Shown: one piece after another, positions 42,589 through 43,596 of the stretch | How the letters are laid out: the number at the start of each line of letters is the position of its first letter | Numbering within the stretch: position 1 is the stretch's first letter | Origin: Candidatus Kaiserbacteria bacterium | GTDB lineage: Bacteria > Patescibacteriota > Minisyncoccia > Phycocordibacterales > Phycocordibacteraceae | DNA: 43,596 bases | Reading direction: 5' to 3' | Assembly (NCBI GenBank): GCA_026396715.1 | Contig: JAPLWH010000026.1 | Coordinates: 1-43,596 of the forward strand | Program-made: the position numbers and the translations under genes | Notes under the pieces: model-generated | What the model was told of the DNA's origin: nothing | The model's input: only the letters and a program-made list of their open reading frames with translations | Database searches by the model: none

Positions 42589-43596
42589 ATGTCCTTCTTC
42601 TCCCCAAAGCTTGGTATCGACCTCGGAACGACTAATGTGCTCGTCTTCGTGCCTGGGAAAGGGGTTGTCATCAATGAGCCGTCGGTGGTCGCGGTGGGGA
42701 AATCGCACGGGAAACGAGGTAATAACAAGATTCTCGCAATCGGCATGGAAGCGAAGAAGATGATCGGTCGCACGCCGGACGACATCATTGCGTATCGTCC
42801 GATGAAAGATGGCGTTATCGCGAATTACCGCGTAACCGAAGCGATGCTTCGGTACTTCATGCGGAAAGCGCTCGGTCGGAATCCTTTCAAGCCGACGGTG
42901 CTCGTCTCGGTCCCCGCGGGCGTCTCGTCGACCGAGAAACGCGCGGTCATCGAAGCAGCTCTCAAAGCGGGAGCAAAAAATGCGTATGTCGTGAAAGAGC
43001 CGATCCTCGCGGCCATCGGTGCGGGCATCCCTATCCACGAGCCGATGGGACGCATGGTCGTAGACATCGGCGGCGGCACAATCGACGTCGCCGTGATTTC
43101 GCTCGGCGGCATCGTTGCATCGACCTCGGTAAAGTGTGCGGGCGACCGGCTCGATCGCGCGGTCATCGACTACGTCAAGAAGCAGCACAATCTCGCGATT
43201 GGCGACAAGACCGCCGAAGAAGTAAAGATAAAGATCGGTGCGGCGGTACCGATGAACGAGGAGCTTTCGATGTCGATCAAAGGACGCGACCTCGTGACCG
43301 GGCTGCCACGTACGGTCGAGCTCTCGACCAATGACATGGTGCAGGCGATGGCGCGGGAACTGCGCGAAATGACGCAAGCGATACGCAAAGTGCTCCAGGA
43401 GACGCCGCCCGAGCTCGCCGCCGACATCATCGACAACGGCATCATCCTCACAGGCGGCTCGTCGCAGCTCCGGCAGATGCCCGAGCTCGTTTACCGTCGC
43501 ACGGGCGTCGTGGCGAAACTCGCGTCAGACCCGTACTACTGCGTCGCGCGCGGCACCGGCATTGCACTGAAGCATTTGGATACGTATCAGAAAAGC
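42589..43596 (+). CDS. mreB: Rod shape-determining actin homolog MreB (3' end beyond window)
   Basis: MSFFSPKLGIDLGTTNVLV..GKGVVINEPSVVA, RPMKDGVIA, VDIGGGTIDVAVISLGG, and ILTGGSSQL. Missing from the ORF track because no stop falls in the window. Confidence 0.95.
   Translation, partial: MSFFSPKLGIDLGTTNVLVFVPGKGVVINEPSVVAVGKSHGKRGNNKILAIGMEAKKMIGRTPDDIIAYRPMKDGVIANYRVTEAMLRYFMRKALGRNPFKPTVLVSVPAGVSSTEKRAVIEAALKAGAKNAYVVKEPILAAIGAGIPIHEPMGRMVVDIGGGTIDVAVISLGGIVASTSVKCAGDRLDRAVIDYVKKQHNLAIGDKTAEEVKIKIGAAVPMNEELSMSIKGRDLVTGLPRTVELSTNDMVQAMARELREMTQAIRKVLQETPPELAADIIDNGIILTGGSSQLRQMPELVYRRTGVVAKLASDPYYCVARGTGIALKHLDTYQKS

Noticed and set aside
2586-43451. Long opposite-strand or alternate-frame ORFs (e.g. 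2837-3649, 16647-17732, 20784-21944, 41771-42763, 42508-43377)
   Set aside because: They shadow genes with clear motifs in GC-rich DNA and have no recognisable motifs themselves.
5946-43596. Additional VRs for this TR
   Set aside because: By eye I found no further match to the TR (e.g. GGGTTCCGCTGTTCCCGG) on either strand; remote targets outside the window remain possible.

Overview
This is a chromosomal window from what looks like a Patescibacteria/CPR (Parcubacteria-like) bacterium. That assignment is inferred from compact genes, CPR-type surface proteins, mostly leaderless-looking starts and the standard code with TGA stops. The left end has the right terminus of an IS30-family element, an AT-richer orphan ParA-family ATPase, and a complete diversity-generating retroelement (DGR). 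The DGR comprises a ~910-aa surface protein with a C-terminal FGE/C-type-lectin-fold domain, its variable repeat (VR, 3940-4055), an 11-bp hairpin, avd, the template repeat (TR, 4605-4720), a structured spacer and the RT (4911-5945). All 14 VR/TR differences fall on TR adenines. The target's apparent ATG is separated from its signal-peptide frame by a C9 tract that is currently out of frame (possible phase variation). Cell-surface genes follow. The rest is mostly housekeeping or accessory: prmC, RRM protein, serine hydrolase, FAD oxidase, Pif1-like helicase, pyk, PMM-like HAD plus GH130 glycosidases, two P1B ATPases and a copper cluster, lexA, small ORFan cassettes, tRNA-Asn plus an HNH gene, hpf, a def-fmt fusion, murA and partial mreB. 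The second theme is miniature repeat elements. An 18-nt REP-like motif sits in frame inside four genes in three reading frames, and other palindromes sit inside prmC and fmt. Two copies of a 114/120-bp inverted-repeat element appear to have inserted exactly at ATGAA start codons; each regenerates the start codon and carries a conserved 37/39-aa leader ORF ending 4 nt before it.
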